Source: Rhynchopus sp. YZ270_cl-10 (Eukaryota). Taken from it: a stretch of 64,000 nt of DNA. Shown in pieces: positions 34,986 through 47,542 of the stretch. Below the pieces are notes generated by a model. The model was not told where the DNA came from, did no database searches, and saw only the letters and a list, made by a program, of their open reading frames with translations. Location of the stretch: positions 806,001-870,000 of the forward strand of contig OZ037844.1 in the NCBI GenBank assembly GCA_964035575.1. The letters run 5' to 3'. Position 1 is the first letter of the stretch; every line of letters begins with the position of its first letter. The translations under genes and the position numbers were made by a program.

Positions 34986-37523
34986 TCACAGTCCTTTGCC
35001 TTCATCTTTGCGTTGTGCCTTTTTCAAACTTTCGATCTCCTCCTTCATCTCCTCCGCAAGCCGCTTACTCTCCTCTGCCATCTTCACGATGTGCTCGCTG
35101 CACTGCCTCACTGTCTCCCTCATCTCAGCACATTCCGCTCTGAGCTCTGCCATGCCGCCTTGTTCCGGCTGCTCCGAGACCGGCGCCGTCTGCTGTGTCG
35201 GCCCCAGCACCCCCTTCTGTGCCTCCAACATCTCCTTCTGCTGGTCCATAACACTCTTCATCATTTCCTGCAGTGCTTTCATTTCCTCCTTCATCGCATT
35301 GCCTTGCTCCAGCGCTGCTTCCAGTGCAGTGTTCCCCAACTTGTCTGTCTGCTTCACGTCCACTTCCGGCAGGTTCATAAGATAGCGCACAGTGTCGGTG
35401 TGCCCTTTAGCAGACGCAATGTCAATATACGTGTCGCCTTCGTTTTGTGCGACACGCACATCCGCACCTGCTTTGACCAACATCTTCACAATTGCCATAT
35501 TCCCGTTCTCGCTAGCCACGTGCAGAGGCGTACGACCCATTTCGTCCTTTGCCTCGATGTCTGCCCCTGCAGCAATGAGCACCTGCACCACATCGACATG
35601 TCCTTCGTCCACCGCACTGTGCAACGCAGTGAAGTCTTTCTCATCTGCAATATTCACATCCACCTCAGGCAAGCCCACAAGATAGCGCACAGTCTCCGTG
35701 CGTCCATTGGCAGCCGTAAGGGAAAGACACGTGTCACCTTTGTTGTCTGTGACACACACATCCGCACCTGCTTTGACCAACACCTTCACAATATCGAGCT
35801 TGCCTCGTTTCCAAGCCCAGAACAGAGGGGAACGTCCCATGTTGTTCTTTGCGTCGATGTCTGCCCCTGCATCAATGAGCACCTGCACCACATCTACATG
35901 TCCTTTGTCCACGGCACTGTGCAACGCAGTGTATCCTTTATCATCTGCAATATTCACATCCACATCCTTCAAGCCCACAAGATAGCGCACAGTCTCCGTA
36001 CGTCCCTTAGCAGACACAATGTGAAGACATGTGCCTCCTGTGTTGTCAGTGGCACATACTTTCGCACCTGCTTTGATCAACAACTTCACTATGCCGAGCT
36101 CGCGTACGCCACTAGCGTAGTGTAGAGGCGAACGTCCCATCTCGTCCTTCACCTCGATGTCTGCCCCTGCATCAATGAGCACCTGCATGAAATCAGGATC
36201 GCTTCCCCAGAAGGATATGGCGTGGAACACCACACTGCAGCCGTCACGCATTTCATTCACATCCACCTGTGGCAAGGCTGCAAGGTAGCGCACCGTCTCA
36301 GTGTGTTTTTTAATCACTGCGAGCTTGAGACAGCCTGCGTCAGCAACTGCGCCTGCTTCGACCAACATCTTCACACGCAAGAGATCGCCACACATGCTCG
36401 CTTTTTCCAGAAGTGAATATCCCCTCTCGTCCTCTACCTCGATGTCTGCCCCTGCATCAACGAGCACCTTCACCACATCTGTACGCTGACGGCGTAGTGC
36501 AGTGAGCAATGCAGAGCGGCGCCCGTTATTGTAGTTCACATCCACCTCCTCCAAGCCCGCAAGGTAGCGCACAGTCTCAGTGTGCTCACTAGTAGACGCA
36601 ACGATAAGACACGTGTCATCTAGATTGTCCGTGGCACGCACACTTGCACCTGCTTCGACCAACATCTTCACAATGTCGAGCTCGCCTAAAGCACTGGCCA
36701 CGTGCAGAGGCGTACGACCCCACTGGCTCTTTGTCTCGATGTATGCCCCTGCATCAATGAGCACCTGCACCACATCTAGGTGTCCTCCGTGCACCGCACT
36801 GTGTAACGCTATGGGGTATTTTCCTTCGCATACGTCCCAATTAGAGCTTTCTTTATTCACATCCACCTGCGGCAAGCCAACAAGATAGCGCACAGTCTCG
36901 GTACGTCCAAAATAGGCCGCAAGCATAAGACACGTGTTACCTTTGTTGTCTGTGGTGCACACTTCCGCACCTGCTTCAACCAACATCTTCACAACTGCGA
37001 GTGCTCCTGATAGACTGCTCATCTTGAGCAGAGGTGAACGTCCCCTCTCATCCTTTACCTCGATGCCTGCCCCTGCATCAATGAGCACCTGACACACTGC
37101 AGGGTCCTCCCACATGGCTGGACAGGGATGAGATGTCTGACCTTCGCAGCCATCCATGTGCCCGTGTGGAACAAACGCAACGTTGCTGCAGACTGACTTC
37201 CAATGCCGCAAGAGGACCTCCGTGCACGCAGTGTGGTCTGCGTGGATGCACTCACTCAGCAGCATCCCGAAACCCATCTGCGTTGTCTCAACATACGGAA
37301 GAAGCAGTGCGAGGCATTCATCGTGGTTCCCTCTGCATGCCTCGTGCACAGCATCGAACGAAACTGTTTTGCTGTCTGTGTCTGGTCTGAGCTTCTCAAG
37401 TCCCTCCAGCACGGCAGTCGTGTCGCCGTTCCTGGCAGCCTCCACCAAGACCTCGTCTGCAGAAAACTTTCTTCTCTTTGGTGCCTTCTTGTCAGGTGTG
37501 CTGTCTGCGTGTCGCTTCGACAT
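34986..37523 (-). CDS. Ankyrin-repeat family paralogue 5 (845 aa, 6 triplets plus C-terminal coiled coil)
   Basis: Constant N-terminus, ankyrin array and E/K/M-rich heptad-like tail. Confidence 0.92.
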   Translation of the reverse strand: MSKRHADSTPDKKAPKRRKFSADEVLVEAARNGDTTAVLEGLEKLRPDTDSKTVSFDAVHEACRGNHDECLALLLPYVETTQMGFGMLLSECIHADHTACTEVLLRHWKSVCSNVAFVPHGHMDGCEGQTSHPCPAMWEDPAVCQVLIDAGAGIEVKDERGRSPLLKMSSLSGALAVVKMLVEAGAEVCTTDNKGNTCLMLAAYFGRTETVRYLVGLPQVDVNKESSNWDVCEGKYPIALHSAVHGGHLDVVQVLIDAGAYIETKSQWGRTPLHVASALGELDIVKMLVEAGASVRATDNLDDTCLIVASTSEHTETVRYLAGLEEVDVNYNNGRRSALLTALRRQRTDVVKVLVDAGADIEVEDERGYSLLEKASMCGDLLRVKMLVEAGAVADAGCLKLAVIKKHTETVRYLAALPQVDVNEMRDGCSVVFHAISFWGSDPDFMQVLIDAGADIEVKDEMGRSPLHYASGVRELGIVKLLIKAGAKVCATDNTGGTCLHIVSAKGRTETVRYLVGLKDVDVNIADDKGYTALHSAVDKGHVDVVQVLIDAGADIDAKNNMGRSPLFWAWKRGKLDIVKVLVKAGADVCVTDNKGDTCLSLTAANGRTETVRYLVGLPEVDVNIADEKDFTALHSAVDEGHVDVVQVLIAAGADIEAKDEMGRTPLHVASENGNMAIVKMLVKAGADVRVAQNEGDTYIDIASAKGHTDTVRYLMNLPEVDVKQTDKLGNTALEAALEQGNAMKEEMKALQEMMKSVMDQQKEMLEAQKGVLGPTQQTAPVSEQPEQGGMAELRAECAEMRETVRQCSEHIVKMAEESKRLAEEMKEEIESLKKAQRKDEGKGL

Positions 37524-38956
37524 GGTTTGTGAAGATGTTGATATTCAATGTTGTGTCTTTTATGCTGTTTCTTTTTGTGGAGGTTGTGACGTGAGTGGTG
37601 AATGTCTGCATACCCAATCGCAAGCACACCACAGGACTGCCGAGAAACAGTATGCAGGTTGCGTGCATAACAAAAGGTTCTCACACAGGCACCGAAAAAA
37701 AATACATGTAGTCGCACACCCCAAAATGTCATTGGTAAACATTTGTGGGCAAATCGCGATAGCACATACAAAACAGTACACCAGCGAGTGTGGCAAGGCA
37801 GAGTTAACCTCCTTGGTCTGACCCCCAAAGAATGAATTATCCAACACAAAAGTAACAAAGGGGAGGGAAACAGTCTTTTTATTGACGTCAATCACAACCT
37901 CAAAGAAGAAAACGCACAGTGGTTGAAAATCAAAAGGGTTGAAGTGGGTTTTTGAGGGGTTAAATAGGGTGTGGCAGACATGACCACGGTTTTATGTTTC
38001 TTTTCTGTATGCTTTACGCAGGGCTTGAAACAGCGTTTCGTGGTTTTCAACAAAACTCGGTCACAACTCAATGTCGGCTGAAGCCAATGTACTGCAGAAG
38101 GTATAGCCACAGTACGCATACCACATCGTTGCCCAAGGGTAAGTGAAAACAACACCGAAACAAAACCAAGGTCTGCACTGGTCCCTCGCAAACTGACAAG
38201 AGCACGTCTTTCTTGTCACACAATAACGCTTTTGATTACCACTTCACAGATTTCACTCATTTCAATTCAGACGTGAAGGTGGCTGCACGATTACAACAGA
38301 AAGCCCTGCCCTGTGAGGCAAAGAGATGAGAGGGAGAACTGAACATACAATGTGTAAAGGTTATGACACTGGCCCGTCGCAGAGCCTGAGGACGAGGCTT
38401 CTGCTTCCAGTGTGCTAGGGGGCACCTGTCCGAGGACAGCTGTCCTTATGAGTGCGTGTGGTGTAATGTACATGCGGTGTAGGGGAGGGGGATGTTTTTG
38501 TTCACACTTCGTGGGCGAGGAGGAGATGATGTGACTCCATTCCTGGGCCATACCGTTCACCTCACACCGCTCTTTCCCTTTTGGGTTTCTTCACACACGT
38601 CTTTGCACCTTCGCACTCAATTGCAGAATCAATGGAAACAGCATAATTCAGATAATAACAGAACGACGTTGTTGCTCTTTCCACTGATACGACCATTTCC
38701 CATGCACTCCACAAAGGAAGGAATAAGATTATTATTTCGCAATTAAAAACTTTCTGATAGACTAATGAACAAAAATCGACGTGTTACCCCAAGACTGAGA
38801 AACAGACGAGAAGTGCTCAGCACACAGGAACAACAGTCAGCAGCTCTGTCACGTTGCTGCACACTACTTTGAGTGGGCAAGGCCCGCAGTCGTGAATAAT
38901 ACGACCCTTCACTTCGTCTGCCATTCCCGCTCTCATCCACCTCCGTGCTCTCACAG

Positions 38957-41761
38957 TCATTTGCCTTCATCTTTGCGGTGTGCCTTTTTCAGACTCTCGT
39001 TCTCCTCCGCAAGTCGCTTACTCTCCTCTGCCAGCTTCACGATGTGCTCGCTGCACTGCCTCACTGTCTCCCTCATCTCAGCACATTCCGCTCTGAGCTC
39101 TGCCATGCCGCCTTGTTCCGGCTGCTCCAAGACCGGCGCCGTCTGCTGTGTCGGCCCCAGCACCCCCTTCTGTGCCTCCAACATCTCCTTCTGCTGGTCC
39201 ATAACACTCTTCATCATTTCCTGCAGTGCTTTCATTTCCTCCTTCATCGCATTGCCCTGCTCCAGCGCTGCTTCCAGTGCAGTGTTCCCCAACCTGTCTG
39301 TCTGCTTCACGTCCACTTCCGGCAGGTTCACAAGATAGCGCACAGTGTCGGTGTGCCCTTTAGCAGACGCAATGTCAATATACGTGTCGCCTTTGTTTTG
39401 TGCGACACGCACATCCGCACCTGCTTTGACCAACATCTTCACAATTGCCTTATTCCCGTTCTCGCTGGCCACGTGCAGAGGCGTACGACCCATGTCGTCC
39501 TTTGCCTCGATGTTTGCCCCTGCATCAATAAGCACCTGCACCACATCGACATGTCCTTTGTCCACCGCACTGTGCAACGCAGTGTAGTCTTCATCATCTG
39601 CAATGTTCACATCCACCTCAGGCAAGCCCACAAGATAGCGCACAGTCTCGGTGTGTCCCTTAGCAGCCGCAATGTTAAGACATGTATTAACTTCGTCGTT
39701 TGCGACACACACTTTCGCACCTGCTCTGACCAACACCTTCACAATGTCGAGCTTGCCTTCTGTACTAGCCGAGAACAGAGGCGTACGACCCATGCCGTCC
39801 TTTGTCATGACGTCTGCCCCTGCATCAATGAGCACCTGCGCCACATCGACACATCCTTTGTACACCGCATGGTACAACGCAGTGTATCCTTTATCATCTG
39901 CCATATTCACATCCACATCCTTCAATCCTGCAAGATAGCGCACAGTCTCACTGTGACCCTGTTGTGCCGCAATGTTAAGACATGTGGCACCTTCGTCGTT
40001 TGTGACACACACATCCGCACCTGCGTTGACCAACACCTTCACAATGCCGAGCTTGCCTCGGTCACTAGCCCTGAACAGAGGCGAGCACCCCTCCTTATCC
40101 TTTGTCTCGATGTCTGCCCCTGCATCAATGAGCGCCTGCATGATTTCAGGATCTTCTTCTGCCCAGAAGTGGGGTAATGCACAGAACACCGCACTGTTGC
40201 CGTCACGCACTTCATCCACGTCCACCTGTGGCAAGCCTGCAAGGTAACGCACCACCTTAGTGTGCCCATTACGCACTGCCATCATAAGACAGGAGTATCT
40301 GCTCTTGTCTGCGTCAGCAACTGCTACGCCTGCCTTGACCAACATCTTCACACGAACGAGATCGCCATACCTGCTCCCACTTTTCAGAAGTGAATATCCT
40401 TCCTCATCCTTTACCTCGGTGTCTGCCCCTGCATCAATGAGCACCTGCACCACATCTGCATGCTTTTTCTGTACTGCGTAGAACAACGCAGTGCGGTTCC
40501 AGTTCCCGTGATTCACGTCCACCTCCGGCAAGCCCACAAGATAGCGCACAGTCTTGATACGTCCCAATCGGGCCGCATGCATAAGACACGTGTCTCCTTT
40601 GTTGTCTGTGGTGCACACTTCCGCACCTGCTTTGACCAACATCTTTACTTTCGCAATTTTCCCGTTCGTGCAAGCCACAAGCAGAGGCGAACGGCCCGTG
40701 TCATCCTTTATTTCGATGTCTGCACCTGCATCAATGAGCACCTGCATCACAGCTGCATGCTTTTCATATACTGCACATAACAACGCTGTGCGGTTCCCGT
40801 TCTTGTGATTCACATCCACCTGCGGCAAGCCCACGAGAAAGCGCACAGTCTCGGTGTGTCCAAAATGCGACGCAAGGGTAAGACATGTGTATCCTCTGTT
40901 ATCTGTGACACACACTCCCGCACCTGCTTTGACCAACAACTTCACAGCATCGAGTGCCCCTTCCCTGCAAGCACGGTGCAGAGGTGAAGATCCCTCCACG
41001 TCCTTTGCCTCGATGTCTGCACCTGCATCAATGAGCACCTCCACCACTTCGGGATAGTTTTCTTGAGCTGCAAAGTGCAACGCAGTGAAGTTGTCATCTT
41101 CTGAGTGATTCACATCCACCCTCCGCAAGCTCGCAAGATAGCGCACAGTCTCGGTACGTCCTAATCGGGCCGCAAGGGTAAGACACGTGTCTCCTGTACT
41201 GTCAGTGGCACGCACTCCCGCACCTGCTTCAACCAACAACTTCACAACTACGAGTGCTCCTGATATACTGCTCGCCCTGTGCAGAGGAGAACGTCCACTC
41301 TCATCCTTTGTCTCGATGTCTGCCCCTGCATCAATGAGCACCTGACTCACTGCAGGGTCCTCCCACATGGCTGGACAGGGTCGGTCTTTCTTGTCCTCCT
41401 GCCCGTGTGGGACAAACGCAACGTTGCTGCAGACTGACTTCCAATGCTGCAAGAGGACCTCCGTGCACGCAGTGTAGTCTGCGTGGACGCACTCACTCAG
41501 CAGCATCCCAAAGCCCATCTGCGTTGTCTCAACATACGGAAGAAGCAGTGCGAGGCATTCATCGTGGTTCCCTCTGCATGCCTCGTGCACAGCATCGAAC
41601 GCAATCTTACTGCTGTCTGTGTGTGAGCTGAGCTTCTCAAGTCCCGCCCGCACGGCAGTCGTGTCGCCGTTCCTGGCAGCCTCCACCAAGACCTCGTCTG
41701 CAGAAAACTTTCTTCTCTTTGGTGCCTTCACTGCAGTGCTGTCTGCGCGTCGCTTCCCCAT
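38957..41761 (-). CDS. Ankyrin-repeat family paralogue 6 (934 aa, 7 triplets plus C-terminal coiled coil)
   Basis: Same architecture as paralogue 5, with a near-identical tail. Confidence 0.92.
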   Translation of the reverse strand: MGKRRADSTAVKAPKRRKFSADEVLVEAARNGDTTAVRAGLEKLSSHTDSSKIAFDAVHEACRGNHDECLALLLPYVETTQMGFGMLLSECVHADYTACTEVLLQHWKSVCSNVAFVPHGQEDKKDRPCPAMWEDPAVSQVLIDAGADIETKDESGRSPLHRASSISGALVVVKLLVEAGAGVRATDSTGDTCLTLAARLGRTETVRYLASLRRVDVNHSEDDNFTALHFAAQENYPEVVEVLIDAGADIEAKDVEGSSPLHRACREGALDAVKLLVKAGAGVCVTDNRGYTCLTLASHFGHTETVRFLVGLPQVDVNHKNGNRTALLCAVYEKHAAVMQVLIDAGADIEIKDDTGRSPLLVACTNGKIAKVKMLVKAGAEVCTTDNKGDTCLMHAARLGRIKTVRYLVGLPEVDVNHGNWNRTALFYAVQKKHADVVQVLIDAGADTEVKDEEGYSLLKSGSRYGDLVRVKMLVKAGVAVADADKSRYSCLMMAVRNGHTKVVRYLAGLPQVDVDEVRDGNSAVFCALPHFWAEEDPEIMQALIDAGADIETKDKEGCSPLFRASDRGKLGIVKVLVNAGADVCVTNDEGATCLNIAAQQGHSETVRYLAGLKDVDVNMADDKGYTALYHAVYKGCVDVAQVLIDAGADVMTKDGMGRTPLFSASTEGKLDIVKVLVRAGAKVCVANDEVNTCLNIAAAKGHTETVRYLVGLPEVDVNIADDEDYTALHSAVDKGHVDVVQVLIDAGANIEAKDDMGRTPLHVASENGNKAIVKMLVKAGADVRVAQNKGDTYIDIASAKGHTDTVRYLVNLPEVDVKQTDRLGNTALEAALEQGNAMKEEMKALQEMMKSVMDQQKEMLEAQKGVLGPTQQTAPVLEQPEQGGMAELRAECAEMRETVRQCSEHIVKLAEESKRLAEENESLKKAHRKDEGK

Positions 41762-41952
41762 GGTTTGTAAAGATGTTGATATTCAATGTTGTGTCTTTTA
41801 TGCTGTTTCTTTTTGTGGAGCTTGTGAGGGGAGTGGTGAATGTCTGCATACCCAATCGCAAGCACACCACAGGACTGCCGAGAAGCAGTATGCAGGTTGC
41901 GTGCATAACAAAAGGTTCCCACAGAGGCACTGAAAAAAAATACATGTAGTCG

Positions 41953-42911
41953 GGGGTGGCATCAAAACAAAAAACGCGGACAATGTCCGCGTTTTTGGGG
42001 GGGGAGGGGGGGGGTCTGAAATTCCAGAAAACGCGGACATTTTGGGGTTTTTTTTTCCTCGAAAATTTTTTTCTTCACTGGGGTTGTACACGATTTTGAC
42101 CAAAATTTATAAAAACTCGTCCATTTCGGCAAATTGACCCCACCACAGAACCGGCGGATTCAGGAAATGCAAATGCCGGTGTTTTCGGGCAAAATAAAAA
42201 ATACAAGATGCCCGCGTTTTTTTGCAAAATGTACACGAATGGGGGGCCCTTAAACCCCTGCTACCATGTGCTTCTACAGGCAAATACTTGGACCCCTTTA
42301 CCTTACACTGACGGGTTTTGACAAAATCAAGAACTTGTCCATTTTGGCAAATTGACCCCACCACAGAACGGACGGATTCCGGAAATGCAAATGCCGGTGT
42401 TTTTGCACATTTTCATGGTTTCAGCATCAGAGAGAGAAAATCTGGGTTGTGGGGTTTACCTTGGCCCCTTTACCTTACACTCATTTTGACCAAAACCAAG
42501 AACTTGGCCATTTCGGCAAATTGACCCCACCACAGCGCGGACAGATCCCGGAAATGCCAATCGCGGCATGTTTTGGGGCTGAAAAATTTTCACCTGAAAA
42601 ATTTTTTCAGCAGCATTTTTTGTCCGAAAATGGGCCCCACGTATTAGTGACCGGGCTCATATTTTCAAAAATTTAAGTGGTCAAAAAATTGTCCAATTTT
42701 CGAGATTGACCCCACCACTTTCTGGACGGATTCCGGAAATGCCAAAAAACTGTGTTTTGGGTCACGAATTTGCACCCCGTCACCCAAAAACCAGCAAAAA
42801 ATAGGGGAAAAAAAAACAAAAAATGTCCGCGTTTTGGGGGGGGGAGGGGGGGGGTCTGAAATTCCCCAAAAACGCGGACATTGTCCGCGTTTTTTGTTTT
42901 GATGCCACCCC
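41953..42911. mobile_element. Non-autonomous TIR element with 3-bp TSD (PIF/Harbinger-like)
   Basis: TIR GGGGTGGCATCAAAACAAAAAACGCGGACAATGTCCGCG... with TSD TCG. Empty site TACATGTAGTCGCACACCCC in the paralogous flank at about 37703-37722. Confidence 0.9.
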
Positions 42912-45900
42912 TCGCACACCCCACCTTTTTTTATTTCTTTTCCTTCTTCGTTCTTTTGAAAGTTGACCAAGTGTAATAATCACCCTATGATCTCTGTGTT
43001 TTGTGCTTTCTCGCCCCAAAATGTTTGAATAGTACCTCATTGCCCCCCTCCAATCTCATGGGATTGCTTGGAGATCGGGGGCGGAAATTACAATACAAAA
43101 CCATAAAAAGAGGCACATGACCCCTACAACACACATAGGAAAGGAGTGAAGTGCCCTGACACCCACCCATCCCACCACACCACACCCCACCTCACTCCAC
43201 CCCATGGACAACTAACAAGAAGCAGTAGTCCACGACTTCCTTGCAACATAAAACAGAAAGAGGGAGACCCGAAACAAAATGGGCGTTGACCCCCCCACCT
43301 TCCTGAACCCACTCTGCTACATACTCGGCACACTGGTTTTGAAGGGGAGTTTGTAGATGGTTGTTATGTTTTGTACTGTTTTTTTTTTTTTGCTATTTTG
43401 TGTTTTTTAAGCTTTTTATATCCTTAATGAAAGCGATGTGAACCTTAATGTCGTTTCCATCCTACTTCGCAGTGGTATTGAACGGGAGATGTGAACGGAG
43501 ATGAGCAAACCGGATGGGGAGGTGTTTTGTTCCTTTTTTTGTTGTGTCGACAATCGCCGAGTAATCCCATCAAGAGTGGGATAATTCAGGTCTGTACTCA
43601 ATTGTCCGAAGCCTTTGTACTACAGAAGGTATAGACGGCATTCTTCCCTCAATCCTTAAGAGCAACTTTTATTGAACAGAACCTTCAAAGGAGAGGTAGC
43701 TTTTTTTAAAAATACCGTGATGCACACAATAGCATCGGAACGCAGATTACCACACAACAAATTTGAATAGTAAGAATAAAATATGATAGCGTGGAATAGA
43801 CATAAACAAAAGCCAAGGGACACAGGAGAAAGCGAAGTGGCGCCAGAACTATAAAAAAATGACAGTTCGTTTTGAAAGACTGAGCGCGGCTGTGTCCACA
43901 AGGAGTCAAATAAAATTAAAAAGAAAGGGGAAAAATGTCAGCCACCTTGGACGGGATATCCCGCCGAATGTTGGCCGTATTGAGATATTGTGAGATGCAT
44001 AATTTCCACCTCTTAACACAATACCATTACCATATGCACACCATCACCACCACTCTTTTTTTTGCTATTTTTTTACAGCCCCTTGTGATATTTTTTTTTC
44101 TCCAAAGTTGAAACCCAAAAAAAAATTGTAGAGTGGTGTTCATCTTCGGGTGTCACTAATACAGCCAAGTTTTCAACAATAAAAAAAAAAAAAAAAAAAG
44201 AGAGAGAGAGAGAGAGAGAAAAAGGAGATCTAGGGAAGAATCAGTGTACCTGTTGGTTGTAGTTGTAGTTGAGTGAAGTCCTGCGAGGTCGAAAAATCAA
44301 ACTATCGGGGGGAGTAGGGTGGGGTGCTGTCTTTTACGTACGGGGGGAGTGAGATCGAATTCCCCTTCCAACCTTACTTGAGTAAGTGGCAAAAAGTAAT
44401 AAAATAACCTCGGTTTCAAGCTCTTTCAAGATTCTGATAGATCCCTAGATCTCCCTAGACGTAGCAAAGCTACTTCACTAGTGACTTTAAAAAAAAACAA
44501 TCGGACGGAGAATATAAGCCTAGAGCTATTCTCAACTAATCTAAAACGTCAGCCTGCTCTGGTATTTTGAGCAATGCATCAGGTAAAAAAAAAAAATGCG
44601 GTCTTTTCATGAAAGAAGCACATACGATCCTAGGACTTAAGTACCACTGTGATAAGATTGTTGGAACAGCGCAGTTTGACGCTCTCTCTTCTGCAAAGCT
44701 GCTGCTTTTCCCTCAAATCATTTCACGTAACATCTTAGGATTCGAGTCACGAACACCGGCGAAAATTCAAAACAGGGGTTTCAGAGTAAAAGAAATAATT
44801 ATTTAAAACAGGGGGAAAGGGGGGGAGAATCTGACTTCAGGATATGACAAGTGAATAAAAAAGAAAACAAACTTTTATAGTGTTGAAAAAAAAACCATAC
44901 ATTGCTTTGTTCTTCCATTTTTTGTTTTCCAACATTTTTATTCATTTTCTTTGAGTTGTTTGGGAGACATGACCCGGTTCTGTGGGGGAAAAAATGGCAC
45001 GGAACCACCGGTGTGCTGCCCCTTTTTCATGTCTATCCAGGGAGAAATTAAAAAAATTTGGTCAGGGAGGGGGTATGGTGAAGCAGCTTGACCGCACCTT
45101 CATGAGGGCACATAAGAAGAAGAAAATAGCGGAAGTCGAGGGACATTTGTCTCTCTGCAGGAAATTGGTAGTGAAAAAACCCACGACACTGATACGCCTT
45201 GTGGTATTTTTTTTTTTTTGATAGTTTGACAGGAAAGGTTGCTGAAAACGAAAAGAAAAGAAAAGAACCGCTGCTCGTACACCCATTTAACGTCACCAAC
45301 AAAGTGAAGTTGGGTAGTGCAAAACGCAAAACGCCTCTGGGACGCAGACACTGACACTCTATAGGCTATATATAGAGACCCAGGGTGTAGTGTTCGGGAA
45401 CAAAAAGAATGTTGGGCTGTCCGAAAAAAAAAGAGGAAAAAAAATGAAATACAAAGCCCTCTCGTGACAGTGTACCTTTAAAAAGGAAAAATTCTCAAGT
45501 TGGGCCAAAAAAGCTCCACAAGAAAACCAAGGAGGGAGCCCCGTAAACACTGAACAATAGCCACCGTCAACAGATCTCTATCTAAAATGAGGGAAAAGGC
45601 GAGAGGTGTATTGGTTTTTTTTTCTCCCCCTTCTTCTTTTCCTCATTGAACACAACCTAAAAGAGGTTGCCGAATTTCGGTTTTGGAAAATGATTTGTAG
45701 TTTCGAGATCGCTCGTTGACTTGCGTTTTGTTCCGGTTTTGAATGACATTTCATGTAAGGAACAATTTATAAAAAAAAAACCCCCCATACGGTATCTGGA
45801 AATATGGGCAAAAAATGCACCGAAGAAACAGGCTTGATATACGTTCGCCTCAGATAGTCAGAGACGGGGTACGAACGGAAATGTAAAAATAACAATAAAA

Positions 45901-47092
45901 AAAGTTGAATGATGAACATGCGTCACAAGTGCACACATCTTTTAAGAAATGAATACAAGAGAGCAGTTGGAAGAGCAAAGCGTTTTACCGGGGGGGAGCG
46001 TAGATGGACGCGGGCACTGGGCCTCCGCGGACATGATTTTTTTTTTGATTTTGATTGAACCTCCAGTTGACGATGTAGTGGACCACAAATAAAAAAATCA
46101 CAAAAAAAAGGGGGGGGATTTTCTGTGTTTGTTTTGTGAGCTTCCCATCGCCATCCCAAAGGCACAAAAATGAATTTTATAGTGCAAAAAAAGCACAAAG
46201 GTTTGTATTATGAATGTACCCTCTCGCACATTAGAAGAAGTATTTTCATCATATGCAATCAATAAATTGATAGTATATGGTGAGGGATCAACAAAAATGG
46301 TCCCATCTTTCTTTTTATGTTGTGTGTTTTGCAAAACGTAGAAAAGAAAAGTAAAATGCTTCGTGCACAAGTTGAAACTTCAGTAGATTGGTTTCTGATA
46401 TTAACCCTGTTTCAGTCCTAAGAATCATACAGTTGTATTCAAAAGGGTGGACATCTTCAGTGATTTCCCTTTAAATGGTGGGTGAATATCGTGAAACCGA
46501 TGTTCGTGTGAACATTTGGTACCTTCTACTTCAGTTTTTTGTTTCGGGAATACACAAAATACAAAAGTTTTTTTTTTCTTTTTTCTTATTCCTTTCTCTG
46601 TCCTTACTGGATGTAATGTCTGATCACCAGGAGGAAGAGTAACCTAAAGAGTCTTGGTCTTGATGGCTGCCGTGTATACGTAAAGTATTCCGTGCAATAA
46701 TTGCTACCAATCCAAACAAATACCAACACATCCTGTCTGTGTATCAGATAGAAAACCTCAGCAAACACACAAGAAAGAGAAATAAAATAAAAGTAAAAAA
46801 TAGAAAAGTGAAAAACATACTGAATTTTCTGGACTTAGTAGTTCGCCGTCCAAGCAATGATTAAAACCAGTTTAATCATCCATTGTCCATTGTATTGAAA
46901 CACCTACACAAAGACTAGAGTACAAAGAGATAGAAGAGATAGAAGAAGAAAAAAAAGAATCCTCTAAAAAAAAAAAAAAAAACACTAGGAAACCACGTAC
47001 GATAAATGTGTCTCACATGTACACTACACACAAAAAAACAAAAAATCAAACAATAACAACGAAACTCTCCGTAGTGTCGGAGCTACTGTCTT

Positions 47093-47290
47093 CGGTGAAG
47101 TAAACGACATGACATGTGATTTACATGTAACTTTTTTCACATGGAAAACACATGTCATTTTACATGTAAAGTGACATATACCACAGGTAAAACGACCTGT
47201 TGAGTACATGTCATTTTTATGTGGCATGTCACTGCTTCTCACATGTCATTTTACATGTAAAAGGCACATGTCATGTCATTTACTTCACCG
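47093..47290. mobile_element. 198-bp MITE
   Basis: 26-bp TIR CGGTGAAGTAAA(C/T)GACATGACATGTG with internal ACATGT motifs. No clean TSD. Confidence 0.75.
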
Positions 47291-47542
47291 TCGTGTTCCC
47301 GCCCCGCCCCCCCGCCCCCCTTTTAACCCACCCCTCAACACAAATACAAAACACACACATTTCCCTCTGCCTCTTGATTTTTTCAAAAAACAACAGCAAC
47401 CCTTCGAGGTCACCATACTCTCCCACCACACACATTTTTTTTTTTTTTAGGGCAATATTCTGCGCAACGAATTACCCCACAGTTTTTTTTTTTTCTTCAG
47501 TCACAGACACACACACACCATTTATGGACAACATTTCACTCT

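Larger units (their letters stand above)
33710..41950. repeat. Tandem segmental duplication of about 4.1 kb (about 33710-37720 and 37830-41950), each unit carrying one ankyrin gene
   Basis: 5' flanks, 3' flanks and coiled-coil tails match, while internal ankyrin modules differ. Part of the flank recurs at about 30115-30510. Confidence 0.85.

Noticed and set aside
34939..40177. Long plus-strand ORFs (382 and 410 aa) and other antisense ORFs over ankyrin genes
   Set aside because: Antisense shadows with no recognisable domain.
43000..47050. Genes in the AT-rich stretch
   Set aside because: Only short ORFs without recognisable motifs. Small exons cannot be excluded.
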